From the NCBI GenBank assembly GCA_963799985.1, contig CAWCZC010000005.1, forward strand, positions 448,977 to 512,976: DNA of 64,000 nucleotides, given 5' to 3'. Below are positions 41,675 to 51,993 of the stretch, piece by piece. Made by a program: the position numbers and the translations under genes. The notes under the pieces were generated by a model, which had not been told where the DNA came from, ran no database searches, and saw only the letters and a list, made by a program, of their open reading frames with translations. The DNA is from an uncultured Alphaproteobacteria bacterium. Lineage in GTDB: Bacteria > Pseudomonadota > Alphaproteobacteria > Sphingomonadales > Sphingomonadaceae. Numbering within the stretch: position 1 is the first letter of the stretch; every line of letters begins with the position of its first letter.

Positions 41675-42633
41675 CCGATCTGGCGGCGCAGCCGTTCCTT
41701 GCTGTCCTCGCCGAGCGTGCCGCGAATGCCGCGCCGCTCGGGCGGGATGTGATCGGGGGCCGGCCCGAACACGAACGCCTCGAACATCGCCGCCCACGCT
41801 GCGCGCTGATTCTCGGGGAGGCCGGAGAAGGTCAGCATCGCGTGCATCATCGCGTCGATCGGGGCGAGCCCGGGCTGGGGAGGGGGCGCTTCGTCCCACC
41901 AGTAGTTGACGAGGATGCTCAGCGGGTCGAGCGAGCGCACGTGATGCCACCACATATGGGGCAAGAACAGCGCGTCGCCCGGCGTCAACTCGGCCACCTG
42001 GGCGTGCGCCATCGCCTCGACGGCGCGGGGAAAGCGCTCGAGATCGGGCGCCTCGGGATCGAACAGGCTCACCGGCGTGCCCGCGGGGGTGAACTCGAAC
42101 GGGCCGATGTAGAGGTTGGCGGCCTGCTCGGGCGGAAACAGGGTGAAGCGGCGCCGGCCGGCCATGACCACCGCCACGTTGCTCGACATGTCGTGGTGCG
42201 TGGCGACGCGGACTCGGTTGCCGATCCAGATGCGCGGCGCGACTCCCTCGGGCACCAGGTCGAGGCGGTTCTCCTCGGCGAACCCGGGCAGCGCCTCCGG
42301 CACCATCACTGCCTGCGCGGCGATCGCGGGCGGCGCGGGATCGGAGGCGGCGGCGGCGAGCCGGTCGAGCAGCGTGGCGAGGGTGCCGTTCTCGCGCCGG
42401 AAACCGAGCTCGGTCAGGTCGGGGGTGTAGAAGATCCGCCCCTCTGCTTCGGGCGGCGCGATCGTCAGCGTGACCGGTGCGCCGACCTCGAAGCGCGCGA
42501 GATAGGCGACCGGGTCCGCTGCACGTACCGCGGGCCAGTCCGCGGCGAGCCCGCGGATCACCGCCGGTGTAGTGCGCGTGCGGAGGTCCGCCGCCGCTTC
42601 GCGCGTAATATCCTCGATCTGGCGTACCGTCAT
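41656..42633 (-). CDS. Cupin-like/JmjC (Cupin_8) protein
   Basis: RIWIGN, THHD, FTLFPP, GDALFLPHMWWHHV, VNYWW. Confidence 0.9.
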   Translation of the reverse strand: MTVRQIEDITREAAADLRTRTTPAVIRGLAADWPAVRAADPVAYLARFEVGAPVTLTIAPPEAEGRIFYTPDLTELGFRRENGTLATLLDRLAAAASDPAPPAIAAQAVMVPEALPGFAEENRLDLVPEGVAPRIWIGNRVRVATHHDMSSNVAVVMAGRRRFTLFPPEQAANLYIGPFEFTPAGTPVSLFDPEAPDLERFPRAVEAMAHAQVAELTPGDALFLPHMWWHHVRSLDPLSILVNYWWDEAPPPQPGLAPIDAMMHAMLTFSGLPENQRAAWAAMFEAFVFGPAPDHIPPERRGIRGTLGEDSKERLRRQIGQMMTR

Positions 42634-42693
42634 GGCGCAGCTATGCACGCGAAGGGGCGGGGACCGCAACGCGCCGGTCCAGGAGAAGGCGGG

Positions 42694-42707
42694 TGTAACC
42701 GTTTACT
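42694..42707. promoter_or_regulatory. LacI-type operator
   Basis: TGTAACCGTTTACT between the divergent cupin and halogenase genes. Confidence 0.65.
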
Positions 42708-42758
42708 TTTCCGGAGCCGGGGGCCTAAAAAGCCGCGGGCCGCCCAGGGAGATGGACC

Positions 42759-44288
42759 GTGACTGCCGAAAACGCCCCGCTCGAGACGATCACGATCGTC
42801 GGCGGCGGCACCGCGGGGTGGATGGCCGCCGCGCTGCTCTCGAAGCTGTTCGTCCGCGGCTACCGGATTCAGCTGATCGAATCCGAGGAGATCGGCACGA
42901 TCGGCGTGGGCGAGGCGACGATCCCCGCGATCCGCGACTTCAACACGCTCGCCGGCATCGACGAGGTCGAGATGGTCCGCGAGACCAAGGCGACCTTCAA
43001 GCTGGGGATCGAGTTCGTCAACTGGCGCGAGCCCGGCCACAGCTACATCCACGGCTTCGGCAAGATCGGGCAGGACATCTGGTGGCTCCATGCGCACCAG
43101 CTATGGCTCAAGGCCAGCGCGAGGGGCCGCGCGAAGACCTTCGATCACTATGCGCTCAACTGCGTCGCCGCGCGGAAGAACCGGTTCTGCTTCCCCGATC
43201 CGCGCAACCCGACCTCGCCGATCTCCGGTCTCGACTATGCCTATCACTTCGATGCGTCGCTTTACGCAGCCTTCCTGCGGCGCCAGAGCGAGGCGCGCGG
43301 GGTGACTCGGATCGAGGGACGGATCGTCGATGTCGCGCTCCGCCCCGGCGACGGCTTCGTCGATCATGTGACGCTGGCCGACGGGCGCAAGGTCGGTGGC
43401 GACTTGTTCGTCGATTGCTCGGGGATGCGCGGGCTGCTGATCGGCGACGCGCTCGGCGTCGGCTACGAGGACTGGAACCGCTGGCTGCTCAACGACCGCG
43501 CGCTCGCGGTGCCGTGCGAGAGCGTTCCCGAGCTGACGCCCTACACCCGCTCGACCGCGCATGGCAGCGGCTGGCAATGGCGGATCGCGCTCCAGCACCG
43601 GATCGGCAACGGCCACGTCTATTCGAGCAACCACATCTCCGACGACGAGGCGGCGGCGGTGCTGCTGGGCAACCTCGACGGCGCGCCGCTCGCCGACCCG
43701 CGCCCGGTGCGCTTCAGGCCGGGCAAGCGCAACTGGGCGTGGGAGAAGAACGTCGTCGCGATCGGGCTGGCGAGCGGGTTCCTCGAGCCGCTCGAATCGA
43801 CCAGCATCCACCTGATCCAGACCGGACTGCTGCGGCTCGTCGCGCTGTTTCCCGGCCGCGGCTTCAACCCCGCCGACCGCGCCGAATACAATCGCCAGAC
43901 CGACTTCGAATATCGCGACCTGCGCGACTTCATCGTCGCCCACTATGCGGTCAGCAATCGCGAGGACACGCCCTATTGGGCGTATCTCAAGCAGATGGCG
44001 CTGCCGGCGAGCCTGGCCGAGCGGCTCGCATTGTTCCGCGAATCCGCGCGCTTCTTCATGCACGGCAAGGCCGAGCTGTTCCGCGAGGAGAGCTGGGCGC
44101 AGGTGCTGATCGGGCAGGGGCTGCCGATGCGCTACGATCCGATGGTCGACATGATCGCGGAAGACCAGCTCACCCTGTTCCTCGACGACATGGTCGATGT
44201 GATCGAGGACGTGGCCGAGGCGATGCCGACCCACGCCGAGTTCGTCGCGCGCTTCTGCGGCGCACCGCGAGTCACTGTTGCGGGATGA
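42759..44288 (+). CDS. Tryptophan-halogenase-like flavoprotein
   Basis: GGGTAGW, GVGEAT, ATFKLGIEF (catalytic Lys), WQWRI, FLEPLESTSI. Confidence 0.93.
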   Translation: MTAENAPLETITIVGGGTAGWMAAALLSKLFVRGYRIQLIESEEIGTIGVGEATIPAIRDFNTLAGIDEVEMVRETKATFKLGIEFVNWREPGHSYIHGFGKIGQDIWWLHAHQLWLKASARGRAKTFDHYALNCVAARKNRFCFPDPRNPTSPISGLDYAYHFDASLYAAFLRRQSEARGVTRIEGRIVDVALRPGDGFVDHVTLADGRKVGGDLFVDCSGMRGLLIGDALGVGYEDWNRWLLNDRALAVPCESVPELTPYTRSTAHGSGWQWRIALQHRIGNGHVYSSNHISDDEAAAVLLGNLDGAPLADPRPVRFRPGKRNWAWEKNVVAIGLASGFLEPLESTSIHLIQTGLLRLVALFPGRGFNPADRAEYNRQTDFEYRDLRDFIVAHYAVSNREDTPYWAYLKQMALPASLAERLALFRESARFFMHGKAELFREESWAQVLIGQGLPMRYDPMVDMIAEDQLTLFLDDMVDVIEDVAEAMPTHAEFVARFCGAPRVTVAG

Positions 44289-44341
44289 GCACAACCGCCG
44301 CGAGATGCGTGCCGACCGACAAGGCTGACAAGGGCGGGCAA

Positions 44342-44433
44342 TTGACAGGTGCCATGAAACCGGTTCCATGGCCGCAGTTACAACTCAGCATCGTTGCCGA
44401 TGGAAATTATGCGAGCGTATGTAACCGGTTACG
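44342..44433 (+). promoter_or_regulatory. TBDR promoter with two LacI-type operators
   Basis: TTGACA at 44342; CATGAAACCGGTTCCATG at 44353-44370; TGTAACCGGTTACG at 44420-44433. Confidence 0.8.
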
Positions 44434-44456
44434 GTTTGGGGATTGGAGAGGATAAG

Positions 44457-47400
44457 ATGAACAATATCAGCGCCAAACGCGCATTTCTCACCCGGGGCAT
44501 CTCGGCGGTTGCGGTCGCCGCGGCGCTGATGGTCGCCGCGCCGTCCTATGCGCAGTCTTCCACCTCGACGTTGCAGGGCCACGTTGACGGCGCCAGCGCC
44601 GACAGCACCGTGACCGCGACCGACACCTTCACCGGGCAGGTCGTCACGGTCCACGTCGGCAGCGACGGCAACTACTTCATCCCCGGCCTCCGCCCGAGCA
44701 GCTACCACGTCGCCGTTTCCGGCGGCGGCGAGGCGCAGGACGTGATCATCCCGGTCTCGCAGACCGTGACCGTCGACCTCAGCGCATCGAACACCACGAT
44801 CGTCGTCACCGGCGGGCGCAACCGCACCGAGGTGCGCACCGCCCAGGTCACCACCAACGTCACCCCCGAGCAGATCGAGAACCTGCCGCAGAACGACCGC
44901 AACTTCCTGAACTTCGCCGCGCTGGCGCCAGGCGTGTCGGTGAGCCCGACCGGCGGCGCGCGGCAGGTCCAGGCGGGGGCGGTGAGCTCGGCGCAGACCA
45001 ATGTGTTCGTCGACGGGCTCAGCCTCAAGAACCCGATCAACCACGGCGGCGTGGTCGGGCAGAACTTCTCGCGCGGCAATCCTTTTCCGCAGCTGGCGGT
45101 GCAGGAATTCGCGGTCGATACGCAGAACTTCAAGGCCGAGTATGAGCAGGCCGGCTCCGCGATCATCACCGCGGTGACCAAGACCGGCGGCGACAAGTTC
45201 CACGGCGACATCTTCGGCGAATGGCAGCCCAAGGCGTTCATCGGCCAACCCTTCTTCGATCGCGGCCACACGCCCAAGCCCGACTACAACCGCTGGCAGT
45301 ACGGCGGCGATATCGGCGGTCCGATCATCAAGGACCTGCTGCACTTCTACTTCGCGTTCGAAGGCACCAACCAGACCCTGCCTTCGGCCTCGGTCAACCT
45401 GACTCCGGGCGCGACCGATCTCGTCCCGGCATCGATCGCGAGCCAGTACAACCGTAGCTACGCGCAGAGCTTCGACCAGAAGCTCTATTTCGGCAAGCTG
45501 ACGCTGTTCGCGAGCGCGGACGACACGATGAATGCCAGCGCCTTCATCCGGCGGGAGAACAACCTGTCCGATTATGGCGGGAACGCGGTCCCGTCGCACG
45601 GGCATATCCTGCAGAGCGACGTCGAGGTTTACCAGTTCGACTGGACTCACCGGGGCGGCAACTGGCTCAACCAGTTCACCGGGGCCTACAACATTGCCGC
45701 CAACGGCACGCCGCGCGTGACCAGCGGCCCGCAGCTCGTCCTCGAGCGCCAGCAACGCAACAGCGGCGTGCTGCAATATGAGGGCGCCGGCGCCGCCTGC
45801 GGCAGCGCGGTGACCGCAATCCCGTGCGTCTCGACCGGTAACGAGGACGCGTTCCTGGGCGCGAACAGCTTCTACCAGAACGATCACCAGCGGATCGTCA
45901 CGCTCCAGGATCACCTGTCCTATTACGCCGGCAAGCATTCCTTCAAGATTGGCGCCAAGGTCTCGTTCACGACCCTACAGCGCACCGAGGATTCGCAGAG
46001 TAACGGCTCGTACTACTTCCTCGACAGCGCCTTCACCGACCTGGCCAGCTCGACGCCGTTCGCGGCGCGCGTGTCGACCGTCGCGGTCCAGCCCGCGACC
46101 GCCAAGGACACCCAGATCGGCCTGTTCGTCCAGGACGACTGGACGGTGAACGACCACCTGACCGTCAACGCCGGCCTGCGCTGGGACTATGAGACCAACG
46201 CCAAGAACGAGAAGTTCGTGACTCCCGCGAACGTCGCGGCGGCGCTGCGCGCGTACCAGCCGTGGCAGGCCGCGGGGATCAACCCCGAGGACTATATCTC
46301 GAACGGCCACAACCGGCATCCCGAAGCGGCTGCGTTCCAGCCGCGGCTGGGTATCTCGTACGACGTCAACGGCGACCGCGACCTGGTGCTGTTCGGCGGC
46401 GCGGGCCGCTATTTCGACAGGCCGCTGTTCATCGAATTGGGCATCGAGACCGTCAAGAACCTCTATCAGTCGGTCACGACGCTCAGCTTCTGCAACCCGA
46501 CCGGCGGGACGTTCACGACGCTCACGCCGTGCGCGTCCCACGTCGGCCAGGCCAACTTCGTCGCCTACAACCCCGGCCTCAAGGACGTGACCAACCTCCG
46601 CGCGGCGGCGGTGGCGACCGGGCTCGGTGGTGACGTCTGGCTGCTCAACAACAACATGAAGCTGCCCTTCTCGGACGAGTTCGACATCGGCATCCGCAAA
46701 CGGTTCGGGCAGATCCAGACCTCGCTCACCTTCTCGCACATCCGCAGCCATAACATCTTCCAGTTCGTGCGCGGCAACCGGCTGCCCAGCGGCCAGTACA
46801 CGCCGGCGGGTGACCAGTGGATCGACGACGGCTTCCCGGCGGCGGGCCAGCTTCCCGGGTTCAACGGCAAGCTCGATATCGGCTCGAACGGCGGCAAAGC
46901 GGACTACAACGCGATCTATCTGACCGCCGAGAAGCCGTTCAACAAGAACAGCCGCTGGGGCTTCACCAGCGCTCTCACGCTGCAGTTGGCGCGCACCAAC
47001 GACGCGCAGGAGCTCAACGCCGACGAGTTCTACAACGGCCCGCGGCAGGATGCCTATGGCTGGGAGTGGGTGAACGGCGTCGAGAAATGGCGCTTCGTCG
47101 GCACCGGCATCGTGCGCGGCCCGTGGCACACGACGCTTTCGGCGACGGCGACGCTGTCGTCGGGCCCGTCGTTCGGTTCGGTGATCTTCGGCTTGCCGAA
47201 CACGCCGCCGACGGCGTGCTGCTACGGCAACATGGGCGGCGTCTACTTCCCGCACACGTTCCTCGGCTACAAGAACATCGACATGCGCATCGCCAAGACG
47301 GTCACGCTGCCGTGGGGCCATGAGCTGACGCTCGATTTCCAGGCGTACAACGTGTTCGACTGGGTCAACCGCAACTATTCGTCGTGGGGCGCGGGCAGCC

Positions 47401-47501
47401 GCAGCTACAACGGGACGACGATCTCCGATCCGACTTTCCTGGAGAACGGCACCGTGGGCAACGCCCGCAGCTTCCAGGTCAGTGCCAAATACTCGTTCTG
47501 A
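44457..47501 (+). CDS. TonB-dependent receptor (Oar-like, N-terminal carboxypeptidase-regulatory-like domain)
   Basis: LPQNDRNFLNFAALAPGV, FKAEYEQAGSAIITAVTKTG, NAGLRWDY, C-terminal KYSF. Confidence 0.95.
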   Translation: MNNISAKRAFLTRGISAVAVAAALMVAAPSYAQSSTSTLQGHVDGASADSTVTATDTFTGQVVTVHVGSDGNYFIPGLRPSSYHVAVSGGGEAQDVIIPVSQTVTVDLSASNTTIVVTGGRNRTEVRTAQVTTNVTPEQIENLPQNDRNFLNFAALAPGVSVSPTGGARQVQAGAVSSAQTNVFVDGLSLKNPINHGGVVGQNFSRGNPFPQLAVQEFAVDTQNFKAEYEQAGSAIITAVTKTGGDKFHGDIFGEWQPKAFIGQPFFDRGHTPKPDYNRWQYGGDIGGPIIKDLLHFYFAFEGTNQTLPSASVNLTPGATDLVPASIASQYNRSYAQSFDQKLYFGKLTLFASADDTMNASAFIRRENNLSDYGGNAVPSHGHILQSDVEVYQFDWTHRGGNWLNQFTGAYNIAANGTPRVTSGPQLVLERQQRNSGVLQYEGAGAACGSAVTAIPCVSTGNEDAFLGANSFYQNDHQRIVTLQDHLSYYAGKHSFKIGAKVSFTTLQRTEDSQSNGSYYFLDSAFTDLASSTPFAARVSTVAVQPATAKDTQIGLFVQDDWTVNDHLTVNAGLRWDYETNAKNEKFVTPANVAAALRAYQPWQAAGINPEDYISNGHNRHPEAAAFQPRLGISYDVNGDRDLVLFGGAGRYFDRPLFIELGIETVKNLYQSVTTLSFCNPTGGTFTTLTPCASHVGQANFVAYNPGLKDVTNLRAAAVATGLGGDVWLLNNNMKLPFSDEFDIGIRKRFGQIQTSLTFSHIRSHNIFQFVRGNRLPSGQYTPAGDQWIDDGFPAAGQLPGFNGKLDIGSNGGKADYNAIYLTAEKPFNKNSRWGFTSALTLQLARTNDAQELNADEFYNGPRQDAYGWEWVNGVEKWRFVGTGIVRGPWHTTLSATATLSSGPSFGSVIFGLPNTPPTACCYGNMGGVYFPHTFLGYKNIDMRIAKTVTLPWGHELTLDFQAYNVFDWVNRNYSSWGAGSRSYNGTTISDPTFLENGTVGNARSFQVSAKYSF

Positions 47502-47527
47502 TTCAGCCCCCGGAACGAAAACTCGAA

Positions 47528-47565
47528 GGGGAGGGCGGCCCGCGGGCTTCCCTCCCCGTTTTCTT
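47528..47565 (+). terminator. Rho-independent terminator after the TBDR
   Basis: GGGGAGGG...CCCTCCCC-GTTTTCTT. Confidence 0.7.
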
Positions 47566-47579
47566 GTAAGCTCGACCGA

Positions 47580-48257
47580 ATGACACCCGCGCTGCACCGG
47601 ATGGGGGAGGCCCAGAGTCCCGTCGTCACGATCGACGCGTTCGGCGGCGACTGCGTGACCGCGATCGAACTGGCGGCGGCGCTGGCACCGTTTCCGGCGG
47701 ATCACGGGACCTATTATCCAGGCGCGCGGCGGATCGTCACCGAGGCCGACGGTGCCGCCTACGGTTATGTCGAGCGGATGCTCGAGGCCGCCGCGCCGTT
47801 CGTCGGCGGCGGGTTCGGGTTTGACCGGTTCGACCTGCTCGAGGCGAGCTTCTCGATGGTGACCGCTTCGCCCGCCACGCTCTCGCCCGCGCAGCGCATC
47901 CCGCACTTCGATTCGGTCGATCCCGATTATGTCGCCTTGCTCTACTATCTCCGCGACACCCCCGGCACCGCCTTCTACCGCCAGCGTACCACCGGGATCG
48001 AGATCGTGAGCGAGACCAACATCGACACCTTCATCGACACCGCCAAGCGCGAGAGCGCGACGCTGATCGGCTATACCAGCGCCTCCAACCAGCATTTCGA
48101 GCGGATCGGCAGCGTGGAAGGCAAGGCCGACCGGATGGCGATCTACCAGGGCTGCCTGCTCCATTCGGGCATCATTCCGGAAGGCACGGACCTGAGCGAC
48201 GATCCGCGCCGCGGCCGGCTGACCCTCAACATCTTCATCAAGGGGCACCGGTCGTGA
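47580..48257 (+). CDS. DUF6445-like protein (2OG-Fe(II) oxygenase-like)
   Basis: YYPG, FSMVT, QRIPHFD, GTAFYR, LLHSG, GRLTLN. Confidence 0.8.
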   Translation: MTPALHRMGEAQSPVVTIDAFGGDCVTAIELAAALAPFPADHGTYYPGARRIVTEADGAAYGYVERMLEAAAPFVGGGFGFDRFDLLEASFSMVTASPATLSPAQRIPHFDSVDPDYVALLYYLRDTPGTAFYRQRTTGIEIVSETNIDTFIDTAKRESATLIGYTSASNQHFERIGSVEGKADRMAIYQGCLLHSGIIPEGTDLSDDPRRGRLTLNIFIKGHRS

Positions 48258-50089
48258 AGCGTGCCGCTGTCCTGCTGGCAGCCGGCCTGGTCGCGACCCC
48301 CGCGCACGCCCAGCCGGGCCGGCACACCACGATCAACCCGCTCGACATCGACTACCGCTACAATTTCGAGCAGCTCAACCAGGGCATCTCGTACCGCACC
48401 GGAGCGGATCCGGCGGTGGTACGGTTCAAGGACGCCTACTACCTCTTCCTGACGCTGGCGGATGGCTATTGGCGCTCGACCGACCTCGTCCACTGGCGCT
48501 TCGTCACGCCCAGCCGCTGGCCCACCAACGGTATCGTCGCGCCTGCGGTCTGGCCCGACGGCGAGCGGATCGTGATCCAACCGTCGATGACCGCGCCCGG
48601 ATCGATCCTGTCGAGCAGCGATCCGGCGAGCGGCAAGCTCGACTTCCTCGTCCGGCTGATGCCTGAGCTTCCCGGCGCCGTCCGGCCGGGCATGGAGGAG
48701 ACAATCGCGCCCGGGCAGGTCCCGCCCGGGCCTTGGGATCCCGCGCTGTTCAAGGACGACGACGGCAAATGGTACCTCTATTGGGATTCGTCGAACGTCT
48801 TCCCGGTCTACGGCATCGAGGTCGCGTTCGAGGACGGGCGGTTGGTCTACAAGGACACGCCCAAGCCGCTGATCCAGCTCGACCCCGATCATCACGGCTG
48901 GGAACGCTTCGGCCCCGATCATCGCGGCGCGCTGCTCGGCGGCAAGCCGGCCACGCCGTTCATCGAAGGCGCGTGGATGACCAAGGTCGGCGGGCGCTAC
49001 TATCTCCAATATGCTGCGCCCGGCACCGAATATAACGTCTACGCCAACGGCACCTATGTGGCGGATTCGCCCCTCGGGCCGTTCGAATATGCGCCGTACA
49101 ATCCAGTGGCGTACAAGCCCGGCGGGTTCGTGAACGGGGCGGGGCACGGCTCGACCTTCGAGGACGCCTACGGCAACTGGTGGAACACCGGCACGCCGTG
49201 GATCGGCTACAACTGGACCTTCGAGCGCCGCGTGGGGATGTGGCCCGCGCATTTCGCGGCGGACGGGCAGATGTCGGTCTCGACTCGGTTCGGCGACTTT
49301 CCGCAATACGTGCCTGAGGGGAGGGTCGACGATCCCGACAGCCTGTTCACCGGCTGGATGCTGCTGTCGTACCGCAAGCACGCAGTCGCCTCGTCGACGC
49401 TGGGCGAGTTCGCCGCCGATCGCGTCACCGACGAGGACCCGCGGACCTTCTGGGTCGCCGGCGCGAACAAGCCTGGCGAGACGCTGACGGTTGACCTAGG
49501 CGCGGCCAAGACGCTGCGTGCGGTTCAGGTCGATTTCGCCGACTACCAGTCGGGCCGCTTCGCCGACGCGCCCGACATCTACACCGAGTTCGAGCTGCAA
49601 TCCTCGCTCGACGGCGCGGCCTGGACTCCGCTCGCGCGCACCGAACCGCCGCGGCGCGACCGCCCCAACGCCTATTTCGAGCTCCCCACGTCGGTGATGG
49701 CGCGGTTCGTACGCTACGTTCACGGTCATGTCGGTGCGGCCAACCTCGCGATCAGCGATCTACGGGTGTTCGGCAATGCCGGCGGACGCGCGCCTGCGAT
49801 GCCGGTGGGAGTTACCGTCATGCGCGACGGTGATGCTCGCAACGCTCGTATCGCGTGGCGGCCGGTGAAGGGCGCGGTCGGCTACAACGTGCTGTGGGGC
49901 ATCCGTCCCGACCGGCTGACGCTGACGTACCAGCGCTGGGCCGATCAGGGCGCGGCGCTCGACCTGCGCGCGCTCAATACGGGGCAGGCCTATTGGGTCG
50001 CGGTCGAGGCGTTCGACGAAAACGGGGTTTCCGGGCGGACGCGACCCGTTCAAATTCGCTGGGCGGCAATCGGGGGGAATCGCGGATGA
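48254..50089 (+). CDS. Exported GH43 with CBM32/discoidin and FN3 domains
   Basis: ADPAVV, WDPALFKDDDG, FIEGAWM, GAGHGS; LTVDLG discoidin module. Confidence 0.88.
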   Translation: MKRAAVLLAAGLVATPAHAQPGRHTTINPLDIDYRYNFEQLNQGISYRTGADPAVVRFKDAYYLFLTLADGYWRSTDLVHWRFVTPSRWPTNGIVAPAVWPDGERIVIQPSMTAPGSILSSSDPASGKLDFLVRLMPELPGAVRPGMEETIAPGQVPPGPWDPALFKDDDGKWYLYWDSSNVFPVYGIEVAFEDGRLVYKDTPKPLIQLDPDHHGWERFGPDHRGALLGGKPATPFIEGAWMTKVGGRYYLQYAAPGTEYNVYANGTYVADSPLGPFEYAPYNPVAYKPGGFVNGAGHGSTFEDAYGNWWNTGTPWIGYNWTFERRVGMWPAHFAADGQMSVSTRFGDFPQYVPEGRVDDPDSLFTGWMLLSYRKHAVASSTLGEFAADRVTDEDPRTFWVAGANKPGETLTVDLGAAKTLRAVQVDFADYQSGRFADAPDIYTEFELQSSLDGAAWTPLARTEPPRRDRPNAYFELPTSVMARFVRYVHGHVGAANLAISDLRVFGNAGGRAPAMPVGVTVMRDGDARNARIAWRPVKGAVGYNVLWGIRPDRLTLTYQRWADQGAALDLRALNTGQAYWVAVEAFDENGVSGRTRPVQIRWAAIGGNRG

Positions 50090-50454
50090 AGCTGCGGATG
50101 TGGATGCTCGGAGGCGTGGCGATCCTGTCGGCATCGTGCCGCCATTTGCCCGCCGCGGCGTTGCCGGACGGCTGCTATTATGCCGATCGCGTCCCCGTCT
50201 TCAAAATCACCGGACACGAGGGACTCGTGACGATCCCCGGCGATGTCCGAAAATTCCGCGTCGAACCCGGCGATGCGGAGCATGTCGTTTTCGTGCCCGG
50301 CTTCCTGCTCGACGGCGTCGCCCCAGAGCTGATCAATCACAGCGCCAACATCGACCGCCAGAGCGTCCGGGTAAAGCCGGGTGCGGTTCCCACCGTCGTG
50401 ATCAACTGGGCCGCATACGGCGAATCCGAGGTGCGGCGCGGCAAGCCCTGCTGA
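50086..50454 (+). CDS. Hypothetical small exported protein or lipoprotein
   Basis: MKLRMWMLGGVAILSASC; ATGA overlap with GH43. Confidence 0.6.
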   Translation: MKLRMWMLGGVAILSASCRHLPAAALPDGCYYADRVPVFKITGHEGLVTIPGDVRKFRVEPGDAEHVVFVPGFLLDGVAPELINHSANIDRQSVRVKPGAVPTVVINWAAYGESEVRRGKPC

Positions 50455-51882
50455 TCAGCCCCCGAGCCAGCCTCCGGTGAACCCCGCCAGCTTGAGCCCG
50501 CGGCGGATCGCGGGCGAGCGGCGCATCAGCTTCCACACGAAATCGCTGCGGTGGTTCGCCGCCATCGCCAGGATCGGGCCCTGGTCAATGCCGATATAGT
50601 CGGTGTCGTACCAGCCCTTGACCGGATCGGGCCGGCCCTTCTCGAGCCGCAGCCCCTGGAACTTGAAGCTCGGGTTGAACGAATTGAGGAAGCCGTACTT
50701 GCTGTAGAGTTGGTCGCCATGCTCGCGCATCATCGCTTTGGCGCAGGGGATGACGATCTCGGGCGCGAAGGGCAGCGAGCCGAGTGCGGCGGTGGGCGCC
50801 AGCGTGCCGTCGTCGCGCCCGTCGGGCTGGCCGACGGGGCCGCGCGCCGCGTAGCCGAAGAACTGACGTTCGGCGCCCGGCGACCCCAGCCGGAAGTCGC
50901 CGGGGCCGTCGCACGCGGTAAGACCCCAAATCTCGCTCGAATAGCCGTCCCAGCGCATCGGATTGGCGGTGCAATAGGCGCGGTCGGCATAGGTCGCGCG
51001 ACGGCTGTTCTCGAAATAGTCGAAGCCCGCCTCGCGCATCACGGCGTCGCGGATGCCGCGGAAATCGATCCAGACGTGGCTGAATTGGTGCCCGAACAGC
51101 GGCGCGAAGGCGATGTGCCGGGTCGCGCCCTCGCCGCGCCAGAAGGCAGGGTAGGGCCGAGTCCATTCCTGCCAGCTGTCGGGCGCCACCGGGTGCTCGG
51201 GTGCCCCCAGCGCGAGGATGTAGACGAGCATGCCCTCGTTGTAGCCGTCCCAGTTGCGCTCGATCAGCCCGGCGCCGGGGTGCCAGCCCATCGAGATCGC
51301 CTTGCGACCGTCGGCCTGGAAGAAGGTCCAGTCGGCGCGCGCATAGATGTCGGCGGCGAGCTTGCGGATCTCGGCTTCGACCGGATCGGCGCGGTCGAAA
51401 TAATGCGCGGCGGCGAGCATGCCCATGAACAGCAGCGAGCTGTCGACGCTCGACAGCTCGACGTCGCGGAAGCGCGTGCCACGCTGCATGTCGAGGAAGT
51501 GGTAGAAGAATCCCTTGTGCCCCGCCGTTCCCGCGGGCTGGTCGCCTTGGGGGGCGTTCCAGAGGAAGCGGAGCGTCGTCAGGGTGAGGTCGCGCGCTTC
51601 ACGGCGGGTGCACCAGCCGCGCTCGACTCCGATCGGATAGCAGGTCAGCGCGAAGCCGACCGCGGCGATCGAGCAGAAGGAAGGCGTCGGCCAGCGATCG
51701 GGGACGAGTCCGTTGCTGCGATCGGCGAGGTCCCAGAAATAGCCGAACGTCCGCCGTTCGAGGTCGTCGTAGAATGCCGGGAGCGTCCGGCCCGGCCGGG
51801 AACCGATCGCGGGATTTGCCGCCAGCGCGCCCAGCGCCAGCGCCGATCCGCGCGAGATCAGGGTGCGGCGATCAACGGTCAT
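50455..51882 (-). CDS. GH144-like (glucoamylase-family) endo-beta-1,2-glucanase, Tat-exported
   Basis: DRRTLI Tat motif; GLVPDR, SIAAVGF, GFFYHFLDM, GYNEGM, LFGHQFSH, GIDQGP. Confidence 0.85.
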   Translation of the reverse strand: MTVDRRTLISRGSALALGALAANPAIGSRPGRTLPAFYDDLERRTFGYFWDLADRSNGLVPDRWPTPSFCSIAAVGFALTCYPIGVERGWCTRREARDLTLTTLRFLWNAPQGDQPAGTAGHKGFFYHFLDMQRGTRFRDVELSSVDSSLLFMGMLAAAHYFDRADPVEAEIRKLAADIYARADWTFFQADGRKAISMGWHPGAGLIERNWDGYNEGMLVYILALGAPEHPVAPDSWQEWTRPYPAFWRGEGATRHIAFAPLFGHQFSHVWIDFRGIRDAVMREAGFDYFENSRRATYADRAYCTANPMRWDGYSSEIWGLTACDGPGDFRLGSPGAERQFFGYAARGPVGQPDGRDDGTLAPTAALGSLPFAPEIVIPCAKAMMREHGDQLYSKYGFLNSFNPSFKFQGLRLEKGRPDPVKGWYDTDYIGIDQGPILAMAANHRSDFVWKLMRRSPAIRRGLKLAGFTGGWLGG

Positions 51883-51954
51883 GCCGGCCTTCCTGGAACA
51901 AAAAATGGCGCGGCGCGCAACGGCGCCGCGCCCCAGGAGGAGGCTCGTGAGCGC

Positions 51955-51968
51955 CGGAACCGGTTACA
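51955..51968. promoter_or_regulatory. LacI-type operator upstream of GH144
   Basis: CGGAACCGGTTACA (reverse TGTAACCGGTTCCG). Confidence 0.75.
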
Positions 51969-51993
51969 GCCAGCGCGAAAGGAGGGACGGGAC